Of a stretch of 64,000 nt of DNA, positions 21,836-31,777 are shown piece after piece. Position numbers and translations under genes: made by a program. The DNA is taken from assembly GCA_951813565.1 (NCBI GenBank), contig OX638351.1:4256001-4320000 (forward strand), given 5' to 3'. The stretch is from an uncultured Poribacteria bacterium. GTDB lineage: Bacteria > Poribacteria > WGA-4E > WGA-3G. How positions within the stretch are numbered: the first letter of the stretch is position 1; each line of letters begins with the position of its first letter. A model generated the notes under the pieces. That model was not told the DNA's origin. It saw only the letters and a program-made list of their open reading frames with translations, and searched no databases.

Positions 21836-24800
21836 GTGGTGTTCACAATTATGCGTACATTTTGGAGAACTGCAAAACATTATTGGCAAATTCATCTTAT
21901 TGTTGCACTTTGCACTGCTGTAGCAACAGGTGTGCTTGCTGGTGCGTTGATTGTAGGAGATTCCATGCGGGGTAGCCTGCGCGATATTACGTTGGAACGC
22001 CTCGGCACAATTCAGCACACGCTCATCGCCGACCATTTTTTTCAACCAGAGATATTAAATCGACAGAATATGGTGCCAGCAATTCTGCTGAACGGAACCG
22101 TTGTTGCATCAGAAACCGATGCTCGTGCTTCAAAGGTTAATATCTACGGTATCAAAAATAACTTCTTCAGTTTGTGGAAACAGGACGCTGTTCCCAATTT
22201 AAGTGACGCATCCGATAAACCATTTGCAGATATTGTTATTAACGAGGCACTTCAAAAGGAATTGAATGTACAGGTCGGGGATGCAATAATAGTTAATATT
22301 CCACAAACATCTGAAATCCATCCAGAATTCCTACTCGGTAAGCGAGACGCCGCCGATGTCATCCAAAAACTACGTGTAGTTGTCAGTGATGTTATTCCTA
22401 CTGAGAATGTGGGGAGATTTAGTCTCCATGCACATCAAAGCCTTCCGCTGAATGCATACATCTCACTCCCTATTTTGCAAAAAGCACTTGCGCAATCCGG
22501 TAAAGTAAACGCACTGTTTTCTGCTGATGCTGATCCAATTACATCAGACACTTTAACTTTGACATTAGGGGAACTTGGCTTATACATTACTGAACACGAA
22601 AATCACATTGACCTACAAAGTTGGCACTACCTTCTTGAGCCAGTGTTATCGGAAGTAGCATTATTGGTCGCATCAGAAAATAGCATTCCAGCACTTCCTA
22701 CCTTAACCTATCTTGCAAACACAATGTCTGTTATTAACGAATCCGAAAATGAAACTGCAGATGAATCCGCAAATGTGCCGTATTCCTCAATTCTTGCGCT
22801 TCCTATTGACAATATAGGGTTTACAGCACTTCTGCGTGAATTCATGACTGAAGATGAACAGGCTGCTTATGCTCAGGCACAACAGCAAGAACGCAAAAGA
22901 CGCGCATCAAAGAAAAGAGAAGAAATCAAAAATGTTGAAATAGAAAGCAGCAGAATAGAAAAAGAGATCACTGAACTTAAAAATACAAAACGGGCACTCA
23001 GAAGTACCCCAGAATATAAACAAAAATTGGCTGAAGTAGAAAGTGCACTATCAGAAGTGAAAAAGAGAATTGACACACTCAATCTCCCAATTGAACCTTC
23101 TGAAATTTACCTCAATACGTGGGCAGCGGACAACCTCGGAGCGAAAGTCGGGAATAAAATTAACATTACCTATTTTCGCGTCAATCCTCAAGAAAACTAC
23201 ATTTCAGAAACAGCTCAGTTTCTATTAAAAGGTATCGTGCCTATTGAAGGTATTGCTGCAGACACAAACTTAATTCCTGATTTTCCCGGTATTCACGACA
23301 AAGCCGATATATCCGAATGGGAACCGCCTTTTCCTTTTGACAGCAGCCTTATTCGTGACAATGACAAAGAATATTGGGATGAGTACAAAGCAACTCCGAA
23401 AGCGTTTGTTCCTATAGATATCGGCAAACGTCTTTGGCAAAATCGATTTGGTGACCTTACCACTATTCGGATGGGAACTGCACCAGGACAGGATATAGGC
23501 GCAACGAGGACACTTTTTGAAAACGAATTCCTCAAAATGATTAAGCCGGAACAGATTGGATTCCAATTCATACCTCTCCAAGAAGAGGGACTTAAAGCAT
23601 CTTCTGGTTCCACAGATTTTGGAATGCTATTTAGCAGTCTAAGTTTTTTTATTATATTAGCTGCTGCAACGCTTGTTAGCACAATCTTCGCCATTGGTGT
23701 TTCGCAACGGTCGCGTGAAATCGGTATACTACAGGCTGTTGGCTACCCACTGGCCAAAATCCGACGTCGTTTTCTTTTTGAGGGAATCTTTATTGCAAGT
23801 ATCGGAAGCCTATTGGGATGTCTACTTGCTATTGGATATGCACGGTTGATGATATTTGGCTTGCAAACGTGGTGGTTACCGGCTATCGGCACCCCTTTTA
23901 TCGATCTCCATATAAGCAGATGGAGTTTACTTATCGGCATCCTTGTGACACTTGCAGTTGTTACATTTTTCATCCGCCATGTTATCAAAAGACTTGGCAA
24001 GGCACCAACTGCAGCACTCCTTTCAGGGGAGACCGATTTTGATGAGACATCCCGCAAATATAAACCGCAAACTGTCAAAGTGTCAAGAATTGAGACAACA
24101 AGAATTTCAATATTTATCATTGGTCTCTTTTTTGGCACCATGGATAGGGGAAAACTCTTTACGGGAGATTGGAGTGGAATTATTATTGTTATCTTACTGG
24201 CAGCTTGCGGACTATTTGGTATCCGTTTAGCACGTCGAAGAGACGATGGAACAAACCCTAACCTTACCCTCAAAAACATAAAAATAAGTACTATTTTCTT
24301 CTGTATTGGACTCGTTGTTGGTGTATTAGTAGGTTATTTTCCCTTTGGTAGAAGCATTTCTGACGCAGTTATTACATTTTTTGAGCATCCAGTAGTAAAA
24401 TTTTTAATACTTACAATTACAATCCTTTCCTTGGGTTGGTTAATTTTTGACAGATGGTTAGGTTCACAGAGGGTCCCGAAACGTCTAAGCCGTCTGAGGT
24501 TTGGACTTAAAAATGCAGCATGGCAACCGCAAAATAGCCAAGGTTCTATTATAATCATGAGTTTAGCGTGCTGTATTATTGTTGCTGTCGGGGCAAACCG
24601 TCATGATGCTGCACCAGAGACTGAATATGCTTTTGTTGCCGAATCTTCTCTACCTTTACATCACAGTCTAAATACACCTGATGGAAGATATGAACTCGGA
24701 TTTAATGAAAAAGCTTCTGAATTACTGTCTACATCAGAAGTTTTTCCGTTTCGCGTCTTACCGGGGGAAGATGTTAGTTGTCTTAATCTCTACCAACCCA

Positions 24801-25597
24801 AAAAGCCGCAGATTTTAGGGGCATCAGATGCTATGCTAAACGAGAAGCCATGGCAAAGTCTAAAATTGGATAACGATCAAGCAAGGAAAATACACGCTAT
24901 CGGTGATGAGAAGTCGTTGCGTTGGATTCTTCATCATGATCCAAAGGAAGATTTTCTTATCCAAGATGAGTTTGGAAAATCGTTATTGTTGGAGCTTGAA
25001 ACGGTGGAAAACAGTCTTTTTCAGAGTCAATTGATTATCTCCGAAACCGATTTCACTAAATACTTTCCGAGTCAAAGCGGGTATCAATTTTTTCTTATCA
25101 AAACACCGCCTGAACTGCGAAAAGAAACATTGCAGACACTTGAGAAAAGTTTGGAGGACTATGGCTTTGACGTGACGTCAGCATCAGAACGGTTAGTAAG
25201 CTATCGTGCTGTTGAAAACACCTATATCTCCACTTTCCAAAGTCTTGGAGGGTTAGGCGTACTACTTGGCACTTTCGGTTTAGCACTGGTACTATTTAGA
25301 AACATCATTGAACGTCGGGGGGAATTAGCAACTTTGCGCGCCTTCGGTTTCCAACGGCAGCTGCTTTCCAGAATGTTGCTCCTTGAAAGCTGCTTCCTTC
25401 TAACTATTGGTATGCTTATCGGGATTGCAGCTGGACTTATAGCCGTTCTCGGTTCACAAGGACATTTGCCATCATTCCCATGGATTTCTCTTGCGATTAC
25501 CTTGTTATTTATCTTTGGGTTTGGTATAATTGCAAATAGTATTGCTGTTGCTGTGGCACTCCGAAGCCCGTTGTTGTTAACCTTGAAAACAGAATAG
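21836..25597 (+). CDS. large FtsX-like ABC transporter permease
   Basis: 1253 aa with two FtsX-type units (QRSREIGILQAVG; ERRGELATLRAFG). Confidence 0.88.
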   Translation: MVFTIMRTFWRTAKHYWQIHLIVALCTAVATGVLAGALIVGDSMRGSLRDITLERLGTIQHTLIADHFFQPEILNRQNMVPAILLNGTVVASETDARASKVNIYGIKNNFFSLWKQDAVPNLSDASDKPFADIVINEALQKELNVQVGDAIIVNIPQTSEIHPEFLLGKRDAADVIQKLRVVVSDVIPTENVGRFSLHAHQSLPLNAYISLPILQKALAQSGKVNALFSADADPITSDTLTLTLGELGLYITEHENHIDLQSWHYLLEPVLSEVALLVASENSIPALPTLTYLANTMSVINESENETADESANVPYSSILALPIDNIGFTALLREFMTEDEQAAYAQAQQQERKRRASKKREEIKNVEIESSRIEKEITELKNTKRALRSTPEYKQKLAEVESALSEVKKRIDTLNLPIEPSEIYLNTWAADNLGAKVGNKINITYFRVNPQENYISETAQFLLKGIVPIEGIAADTNLIPDFPGIHDKADISEWEPPFPFDSSLIRDNDKEYWDEYKATPKAFVPIDIGKRLWQNRFGDLTTIRMGTAPGQDIGATRTLFENEFLKMIKPEQIGFQFIPLQEEGLKASSGSTDFGMLFSSLSFFIILAAATLVSTIFAIGVSQRSREIGILQAVGYPLAKIRRRFLFEGIFIASIGSLLGCLLAIGYARLMIFGLQTWWLPAIGTPFIDLHISRWSLLIGILVTLAVVTFFIRHVIKRLGKAPTAALLSGETDFDETSRKYKPQTVKVSRIETTRISIFIIGLFFGTMDRGKLFTGDWSGIIIVILLAACGLFGIRLARRRDDGTNPNLTLKNIKISTIFFCIGLVVGVLVGYFPFGRSISDAVITFFEHPVVKFLILTITILSLGWLIFDRWLGSQRVPKRLSRLRFGLKNAAWQPQNSQGSIIIMSLACCIIVAVGANRHDAAPETEYAFVAESSLPLHHSLNTPDGRYELGFNEKASELLSTSEVFPFRVLPGEDVSCLNLYQPKKPQILGASDAMLNEKPWQSLKLDNDQARKIHAIGDEKSLRWILHHDPKEDFLIQDEFGKSLLLELETVENSLFQSQLIISETDFTKYFPSQSGYQFFLIKTPPELRKETLQTLEKSLEDYGFDVTSASERLVSYRAVENTYISTFQSLGGLGVLLGTFGLALVLFRNIIERRGELATLRAFGFQRQLLSRMLLLESCFLLTIGMLIGIAAGLIAVLGSQGHLPSFPWISLAITLLFIFGFGIIANSIAVAVALRSPLLLTLKTE

Positions 25598-25617
25598 CCT
25601 GTGAAGAACACACAACC

Positions 25618-25931
25618 CATAGGTGTCAACTTAAGGATATATCCTCTTGTGGGAGTGAATCAACGCAGCATGCCGGACGGGGAATGCCAACAGGCATTCA
25701 TACCCGCTGAATACCAAAAGCGTATTCAGCGTTGATTTGGCCAAATGCCTAAATGGCATTTGTAGCGTTGATTTCTTGATTTGGCGCATGCTGCGTTGAT
25801 TTGGATGAATACCACAGGTGTATTCATCGTTGATTTGGATTTAATAGGTTGAGCTTCACAATATCGGGCGGACCAGGTCTCCCTCCCACAAGAGACAATC
25901 TGGTAATTATGTGCTTAAGTTGACACCTATG
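25618..25931. mobile_element. IS231/IS186-like MITE filled with nested micro-elements
   Basis: 18-bp perfect inverted repeat cataggtgtcaacttaag / cttaagttgacacctatg. Confidence 0.8.
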
Positions 25932-25974
25932 GTCAGTAAAGAACACAATCCGAAACGTGGTACAAGAAGTGAGT

Positions 25975-26565
25975 ATGATGCGTTCTGTTTGGACAATTCC
26001 CGCAATTTTTATATTCCTTTTCCCGCTTCTAACACAGGTGGGTTGTTCAAGTGACACGGAAAAGGCTACTGCTTCGGCCATGAATCACACAGAACAGGGG
26101 TGGCATGCTTACAGATCAGGTGACTATACACAGGCGCTGCTCAGTTTTGAACGGGCTCTCAATATTGATCCGGAATTCGCAGATGCACATAATGGTGTTG
26201 GATGGAGTCATCTGAGTCTTTCGCTCACGCTACCATTAGTACAAGAAGCCTTTCAAAATGCTGTGCGCTACGATGCGTCTAACGCTGACGCATGGGTTGG
26301 CTTGGCAAATGTGCTCTACTTAAGGTACAAAGATAGTTCTGATTTCAACGCCGCTATCCGAGCAATTGATAATGCACTACAAGCAGACGCACAATACCTC
26401 TACCGACATGATTATCAGTCCAACGCTGAACTGTTTGCGCTGAAAGCTGCATGTTATTTCTATCTCGGTCAGAATCAATTAGCAAAACAAGAGGTTGACA
26501 AAGCACTAAAAATTGATGCTGAAAACAGAGCAGTCATTGTGCTACAAAATATGTTGAAGGAATAA
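25975..26565 (+). CDS. TPR-repeat lipoprotein
   Basis: Signal peptide with VGC; TPR motifs (FERALNIDPEFADAH). Confidence 0.85.
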   Translation: MMRSVWTIPAIFIFLFPLLTQVGCSSDTEKATASAMNHTEQGWHAYRSGDYTQALLSFERALNIDPEFADAHNGVGWSHLSLSLTLPLVQEAFQNAVRYDASNADAWVGLANVLYLRYKDSSDFNAAIRAIDNALQADAQYLYRHDYQSNAELFALKAACYFYLGQNQLAKQEVDKALKIDAENRAVIVLQNMLKE

Positions 26566-26593
26566 TCTATAATTTAAAATTTGGGAGATAAAT

Positions 26594-27499
26594 ATGTCAC
26601 AAAATGTTATTACATCTACAAATTTAACGAACTTTACGCCAGCGCACCGTGGCAAAGTCCGTGATCTTTATGACCTCGGAGATGAATTTCTGATTGTGTC
26701 TACCGATAGAATATCAGCCTTTGATGTTGTCTTACCCAACGGTATTCCAGATAAAGGAAGGGTTTTAACCGGATTGTCCAAGTTCTGGTTCAATTACACC
26801 AACTCTGTTGTAGAAAACCACGTTATAGCAACGGACGTTGAAGAATATCCTGAAGCGTTACATGTTGATGCCGAACTCTTAAATGGACGTTCAATGCTTG
26901 TCCGCAAAGCAAAACGTGTTGATGTTGAATGTGTTGTACGTGGTTATCTCGCAGGTTCAGGATGGGCGTCGTATCAGAAAACGGGCGAGATATGTGGGCA
27001 AAAACTGCCAGCGGGATTACGCGAATCGGAACAGTTACCGGAACTTCTTTTTACACCAACAACAAAGGCGGAGCAAGGTGAGCATGATGAACCTATCTCT
27101 ATTGACCAAATGCGTGATGAAGTCGGCACCGATCTAACGGATCAACTGATAGAAATCAGTTTCGCACTGTTCAGAGCAGCAAGTCAACATGCTGAAAAAT
27201 CAGGTATCATTCTCTGTGACACAAAATTTGAATTTGGTCAATGTGACGGTGAGTTGATACTAATAGATGAAGTATTCACACCGGATTCATCGCGTTTTTG
27301 GCCAGCAAATCTGTATGAACCTGGGAAGCCACAGCAGAGTTTTGATAAGCAGTTCGTTCGGGACTATCTCTCTGAGATCGGTTGGAACAAACAACCACCT
27401 GCACCTGAATTACCAGACGCCGTAATCAGTAAAACCAGTGAAAAATACCGAGAAGCGTATAAGTTGATAGTTGGTGAGGAACTGCAAGAACTTTCTTGA
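26594..27499 (+). CDS. purC: SAICAR synthase
   Basis: GKVRDLY, DRISAFD, ECVVRGY, DTKFEFG, TPDSSRFW, DKQFVRD. Confidence 0.97.
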   Translation: MSQNVITSTNLTNFTPAHRGKVRDLYDLGDEFLIVSTDRISAFDVVLPNGIPDKGRVLTGLSKFWFNYTNSVVENHVIATDVEEYPEALHVDAELLNGRSMLVRKAKRVDVECVVRGYLAGSGWASYQKTGEICGQKLPAGLRESEQLPELLFTPTTKAEQGEHDEPISIDQMRDEVGTDLTDQLIEISFALFRAASQHAEKSGIILCDTKFEFGQCDGELILIDEVFTPDSSRFWPANLYEPGKPQQSFDKQFVRDYLSEIGWNKQPPAPELPDAVISKTSEKYREAYKLIVGEELQELS

Positions 27500-27526
27500 A
27501 ATAACACCAATCAAAAGCGGTGCCCT

Positions 27527-28006
27527 TTATTCCACATAAAAAAGATGGCTACGCTCAAAGAGTCCATCAAGAAAAATTTCAACAAACCACTCACCTGTTG
27601 CGAATTGGTCACCGCTTAACCCACCTTTTGGGGCATCAATGTAAAACCATGTGATTTTTTCGCCAGTTGTTGAAGAAATAGTCCTTTCTTCGTTCCAAAA
27701 TGGCGGATCGTCCAAGTCGTCTTCAGGTGAAAACCACGAAACTTCTACTGTATGTGATTCGTCTATATTTTCCCATAAAAGCCATAAATACACTTGGTCG
27801 TTTACTTCAGCACTAAACGTATCCGTGATACCGTCTGGGCGGTCTTCGTGAACTGAAAGTGCCAAAACTGATTCTAAAATATTAGGTTCTCCGCGTCCGA
27901 GGTCAATTGCACCACTTCCCCCTGAAGTAGTTTCATCGCAACCATTCAAAACAACTAAAAAGGGTAGCAACATTACCGCAAAAAATAATGTGTATATTCG
28001 CTTCAT
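27527..28006 (-). CDS. hypothetical lipoprotein (Ig-like domain)
   Basis: Lipobox LNGC; beta-rich, GEWFVEIFLDG. Confidence 0.65.
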   Translation of the reverse strand: MKRIYTLFFAVMLLPFLVVLNGCDETTSGGSGAIDLGRGEPNILESVLALSVHEDRPDGITDTFSAEVNDQVYLWLLWENIDESHTVEVSWFSPEDDLDDPPFWNEERTISSTTGEKITWFYIDAPKGGLSGDQFATGEWFVEIFLDGLFERSHLFYVE

Positions 28007-28381
28007 CAGATATTCTCCTTAATCATATTGGACTTAGTTTTTCTTGATAAATCATTTATTTAAACGTTTGTTTGTTAATGTTTGTTTACACTTTCCACTA
28101 AACTCCCAAATAATTCACACGAGATAGTATACCAGAAATATTCAGTGCTTTCAAGGAACTCCCTTCAAGAGGCAGAACCATTCAATTTTCCAATAATTTC
28201 TGCCTATACCAAAACTCTAAAAATCCGCACCAACCGCCATGCTGACAACAAAGTACAGGCACATCCGAGATCCAAAAACGCGTCCACCCCAACTTTTTCT
28301 GCAAACTTATTGTCCATATATTGGATATCTATTGTCCGACAAACTACAAAAACTTCTTATCACTATACAGAATTAGGTATA

Positions 28382-29536
28382 ATACCAAATTAACGTGAGT
28401 CATATTGTGTTTTCCATTTTGCAAATCCACTGAAAACCGACATGTTCTTGCACCTTCTTTCTGTTTTTGGAGAACCACTGACACCTTTTCACAAGCACTT
28501 CTTCAAGGTCTGATAGCGTTCTAAAAACTTTATTGGCAACCACCTCTCGCAACAGAGGCCATAGCCGTTCGGCAGGTTGAAGTTCCGGTGTATACGGCGG
28601 TAAAAAGAATAACTCAATACCTTGTGGGACATCTAAATCCTTACCCGTGTGAAAACCGGCACGATCTAATAAGAGGATTATCTGTTTCTTGCCTTCCGGG
28701 TTTACATCCCGAGCAAACTCTGCCAACGCAAGGTTCATCACTTCAACACTCACACTCGGCATCAGAAGCCAATAGGTTTCACCCGTCTGTGGGACGGACA
28801 AAACCGAAACCATAAAGCCATTTATATGACGGACACACCAGGGCTGTCGGTCTTTCACCTTGCTTCGCCCAGACACGCCGATGAACCGGCAATAATCCCA
28901 CGCGTGCCTCGTCTTCTGCCCAGACTTCTACCGATTTCTCCGGGTGCTGACCTTCAAGCTCAGCTACCCGCTCCCTAAGTTTTTTTTAATGCTTGCTGCT
29001 CATCTGGTGTTGCAGCTGACTGATGTTGAGGACGAGGTGTTTGTAAAGTATAACCGAGACGCTTGAGATATTTCCAACCTGACACATTACTGACAGGACG
29101 CTTGAGTGTCTCGGATATCCACGCAGCCACCTTCGGACCTGTCCACAGACCGCCATCAGCAGGAGGCGAAGAAAGTGCAGCTTCAAGGGCTGCTTGCTGT
29201 GTTTCATCCAAAATACGCTGGCGTCCATTGTTTTTGCGTTTGTCTCGCATAGCTGCTTCGCCTTCAGCGTTGTAGCGTTTGAGCAACTTCCGAACCCAGT
29301 CCGGCGTGCATCCTACAATCTCAGCAACTTCGCGAGGTGTTCGCGGATGTGTGGTATCAGCAAGAAGCCAAATAATATGCCAGTGCGTCCGTTCAATAGG
29401 ACATTCACATTCAAGATACCTTTGTTTCAGAACTTCTACTGAAAAGTGAGGGGAAACCCCATGTTTTTTATTTTTCATCTGATCACAATAACACATCCAA
29501 AAAATAAATGCAAGAACAATCATATTAATATGGTAT
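28382..29536 (-). mobile_element. IS630-family element, transposase disrupted
   Basis: Inverted repeat ataccaaattaa / ttaatatggtat; orfA 29478-28975 (HTH) joins the DDE frame across an A8 run; EDEAR, LDRAGFH and PPYTPELQPAERLW motifs; an extra C near 28792 breaks the DDE frame. Confidence 0.9.
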
Positions 29537-30040
29537 AATATAAGTATGAAAAAACATAACCGATCCCAAACACATAAACAACCAGATACCCTAAAAATCG
29601 TAAACAACTATTAAATGCAAAGACGCCAACGCAAAACTTATCAAAATAAATATGGACAACAAGAGGAAAAACGTGTGCCTCAATACAGATGAGAAATATC
29701 AAAAATAAAATTTTTCCAAAATAAGAAAAATTCCTATAAACTTATACAGAGACTGGTTTTATAGCCAATTTAAAAAAGTTACCACGGTATGGAAAAAGTT
29801 ACCGTATGGTAACTTTTTAAGTAAGAGCAATCTCCGAATCTCGACTTGACGACTGAAACGAATAAAAAACTGAAAATTGAATGGTTCTGGTGTTCCAAAT
29901 AAATGATTGACAAAGGCGACTATAGCCTGTAAAATTATATTCAAAAGGCATAATTGAAACACATGTTGTCAGACTTCCATTTGTCTGATTGCAGGTATGT
30001 AATGGTAATGACCATGTTTTTCAATCATTAAGGAGTATAT

Positions 30041-30844
30041 ATGTCAACAAAAACGCGAATTGTTTTCGTCGCAGGAAGTGCAAGTCATGGTAGTGGTTCG
30101 CATGAGCATCCGGGTGGATGTGCCTTCTTAGCAGATCAGTTGAACGATGCTGTCGACGGTATGGAGGCAGTCGTTCATCAGGGATGGCCAAAAGATCCGA
30201 CAATTTTATCTAATACAGATGCAATTATAGTTTATTCAGACGGCGGTGGTGGACATCTTAGCATTCCTCACCTTGACCAGATTTCTGCATTAACAGCACA
30301 GGGTATGGGATTGGCGATGCTCCACTATGCAATTGAAGTGCCGAAAGGTGAACCAGGAAATTGTTTTTTAGATTGGATAGGCGGGTATTTTGAAACACAT
30401 CTCTCTGTCAATCCACATTGGACAGCAAAATTTACGGCTTTTCCAGAACATCCCGTAACACGCGGCTTGATCCCGTTTTCATTGGATGATGAATGGTATT
30501 ATCACATGCGGTTTCGTGATAATATGCAAGGTGTAACCCCTTTGTTGAGTGCTATAGCGCCAGAGTCAACACTGCAGAGACCCGATGGCCCTCATAGCGG
30601 TAATCCTCATGTTCGCGCATCCGTTGCAAAAGGTGAACCGCAGCATTTGGGGTGGTGTGTAGAACGTCCGGACGGCGGACGCGGATTTGGATTTACCGGT
30701 GGACATTACCATAAGAATTGGGGTGATGACAATCTCCGTAAGTTTATCCTTAATGCTATCGCTTGGACAGCAAAGGTAGAGATTCCTGAAGATGGTATAT
30801 CTACACCGACACCGACAGAAGTAGCGTTGAATTCGTATTTGTAA
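30041..30844 (+). CDS. ThuA-like (trehalose utilisation) domain protein
   Basis: SHGSGSHEH, HPVTRG, DEWYY, GRGFGFTGGH. Confidence 0.85.
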   Translation: MSTKTRIVFVAGSASHGSGSHEHPGGCAFLADQLNDAVDGMEAVVHQGWPKDPTILSNTDAIIVYSDGGGGHLSIPHLDQISALTAQGMGLAMLHYAIEVPKGEPGNCFLDWIGGYFETHLSVNPHWTAKFTAFPEHPVTRGLIPFSLDDEWYYHMRFRDNMQGVTPLLSAIAPESTLQRPDGPHSGNPHVRASVAKGEPQHLGWCVERPDGGRGFGFTGGHYHKNWGDDNLRKFILNAIAWTAKVEIPEDGISTPTPTEVALNSYL

Positions 30845-30910
30845 TGGTGAGATTTTAGTTATTCCATAGATGATGTAAACAGAAGAACGGTGCTATCTCA
30901 GGAGACAAAC

Positions 30911-31765
30911 ATGGATCAGGAACAACTTGATTATCTTTTTGATCTGCAAGGATATTTAATTTTAGAGAATGCGATTTCAGAGGAAGACCTGAATAAGATA
31001 AACGAATGGATTGACGCGCATTGGGCTTACGTTGAAGAACCGTGGGAACCCAATTCCGAGGATAGAGGTATTCCTCGCTGGATCGGCAATATTGAGACAC
31101 ATACCTATAATATCGAAAATGGTGTCAATTTCCAGAATATCATTGAGGGTGGGGATGTATTTGAAAAGTTAATTGACCATCCTGCGTGGATAAATCTGGT
31201 TCGGAAATACATCCATGAGGTTAATGGCGTTTCTATCCATGAGAATTTTCTGAACGTGCGCGGTCCCGGTGGTTTTATCCACATCCACTGCGGAGGACAT
31301 GTGCCGTTGAGTTATCTGACATTCCGTCAGATCAATACTGGTGAATGGTTGGTAGGACAGATTAATGTTTTAATGGCACTCAACGACATCGGTCCGGGAG
31401 ATGGTGCACCTGTGCTAATCCCTGGCAGTCATAAATGTTCTGAGATTCACCCGCGTTTGAAACACGATGGAAAGGGGATAGTTTATGACGGTTATAGTGG
31501 CAAGCCTGCAGGAACAGCCTTCGCAACGCAGGAGGTGCATCTCAAGGCGGGGGATGTGGTAATGTTCACAGATGCAATCACGCACGGTTCAGCAGAACGG
31601 ACAAATCCTGGGTATCGTCGGTCAATTGTCTATCGCTATTCTCCAAAGTATGTTCGTGAACGTTTTGATTATCCGCATTCAAATGAGTTGTTGGCACGTC
31701 TGACTCCCGATCAACGCAAGATTATCCAACCGAATGCACCGCGAAGACCGCCACTGGTTGCGTAA
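30911..31765 (+). CDS. phytanoyl-CoA dioxygenase family protein
   Basis: FDLQGYL, PGSHK, AGDVVMFTDAITHGS. Confidence 0.8.
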   Translation: MDQEQLDYLFDLQGYLILENAISEEDLNKINEWIDAHWAYVEEPWEPNSEDRGIPRWIGNIETHTYNIENGVNFQNIIEGGDVFEKLIDHPAWINLVRKYIHEVNGVSIHENFLNVRGPGGFIHIHCGGHVPLSYLTFRQINTGEWLVGQINVLMALNDIGPGDGAPVLIPGSHKCSEIHPRLKHDGKGIVYDGYSGKPAGTAFATQEVHLKAGDVVMFTDAITHGSAERTNPGYRRSIVYRYSPKYVRERFDYPHSNELLARLTPDQRKIIQPNAPRRPPLVA

Positions 31766-31777
31766 TATTCTGACAAT

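Noticed and set aside
25658..25837. CRISPR array (recurring GTTGATTTG at about 34-bp spacing)
   Set aside because: The constant part is only about 10 bp, the intervening sequences are related hairpins rather than unique spacers, units are nested, and there are no cas genes in the window
29479..29607. N-terminal extension of IS630 orfA in the ORF track
   Set aside because: It crosses the element's inverted repeat; ATG 29478 is the plausible start
28200..29660. Weak similarity between the two IS630 flanks (possible older element)
   Set aside because: Too degenerate and A-rich to define by eye
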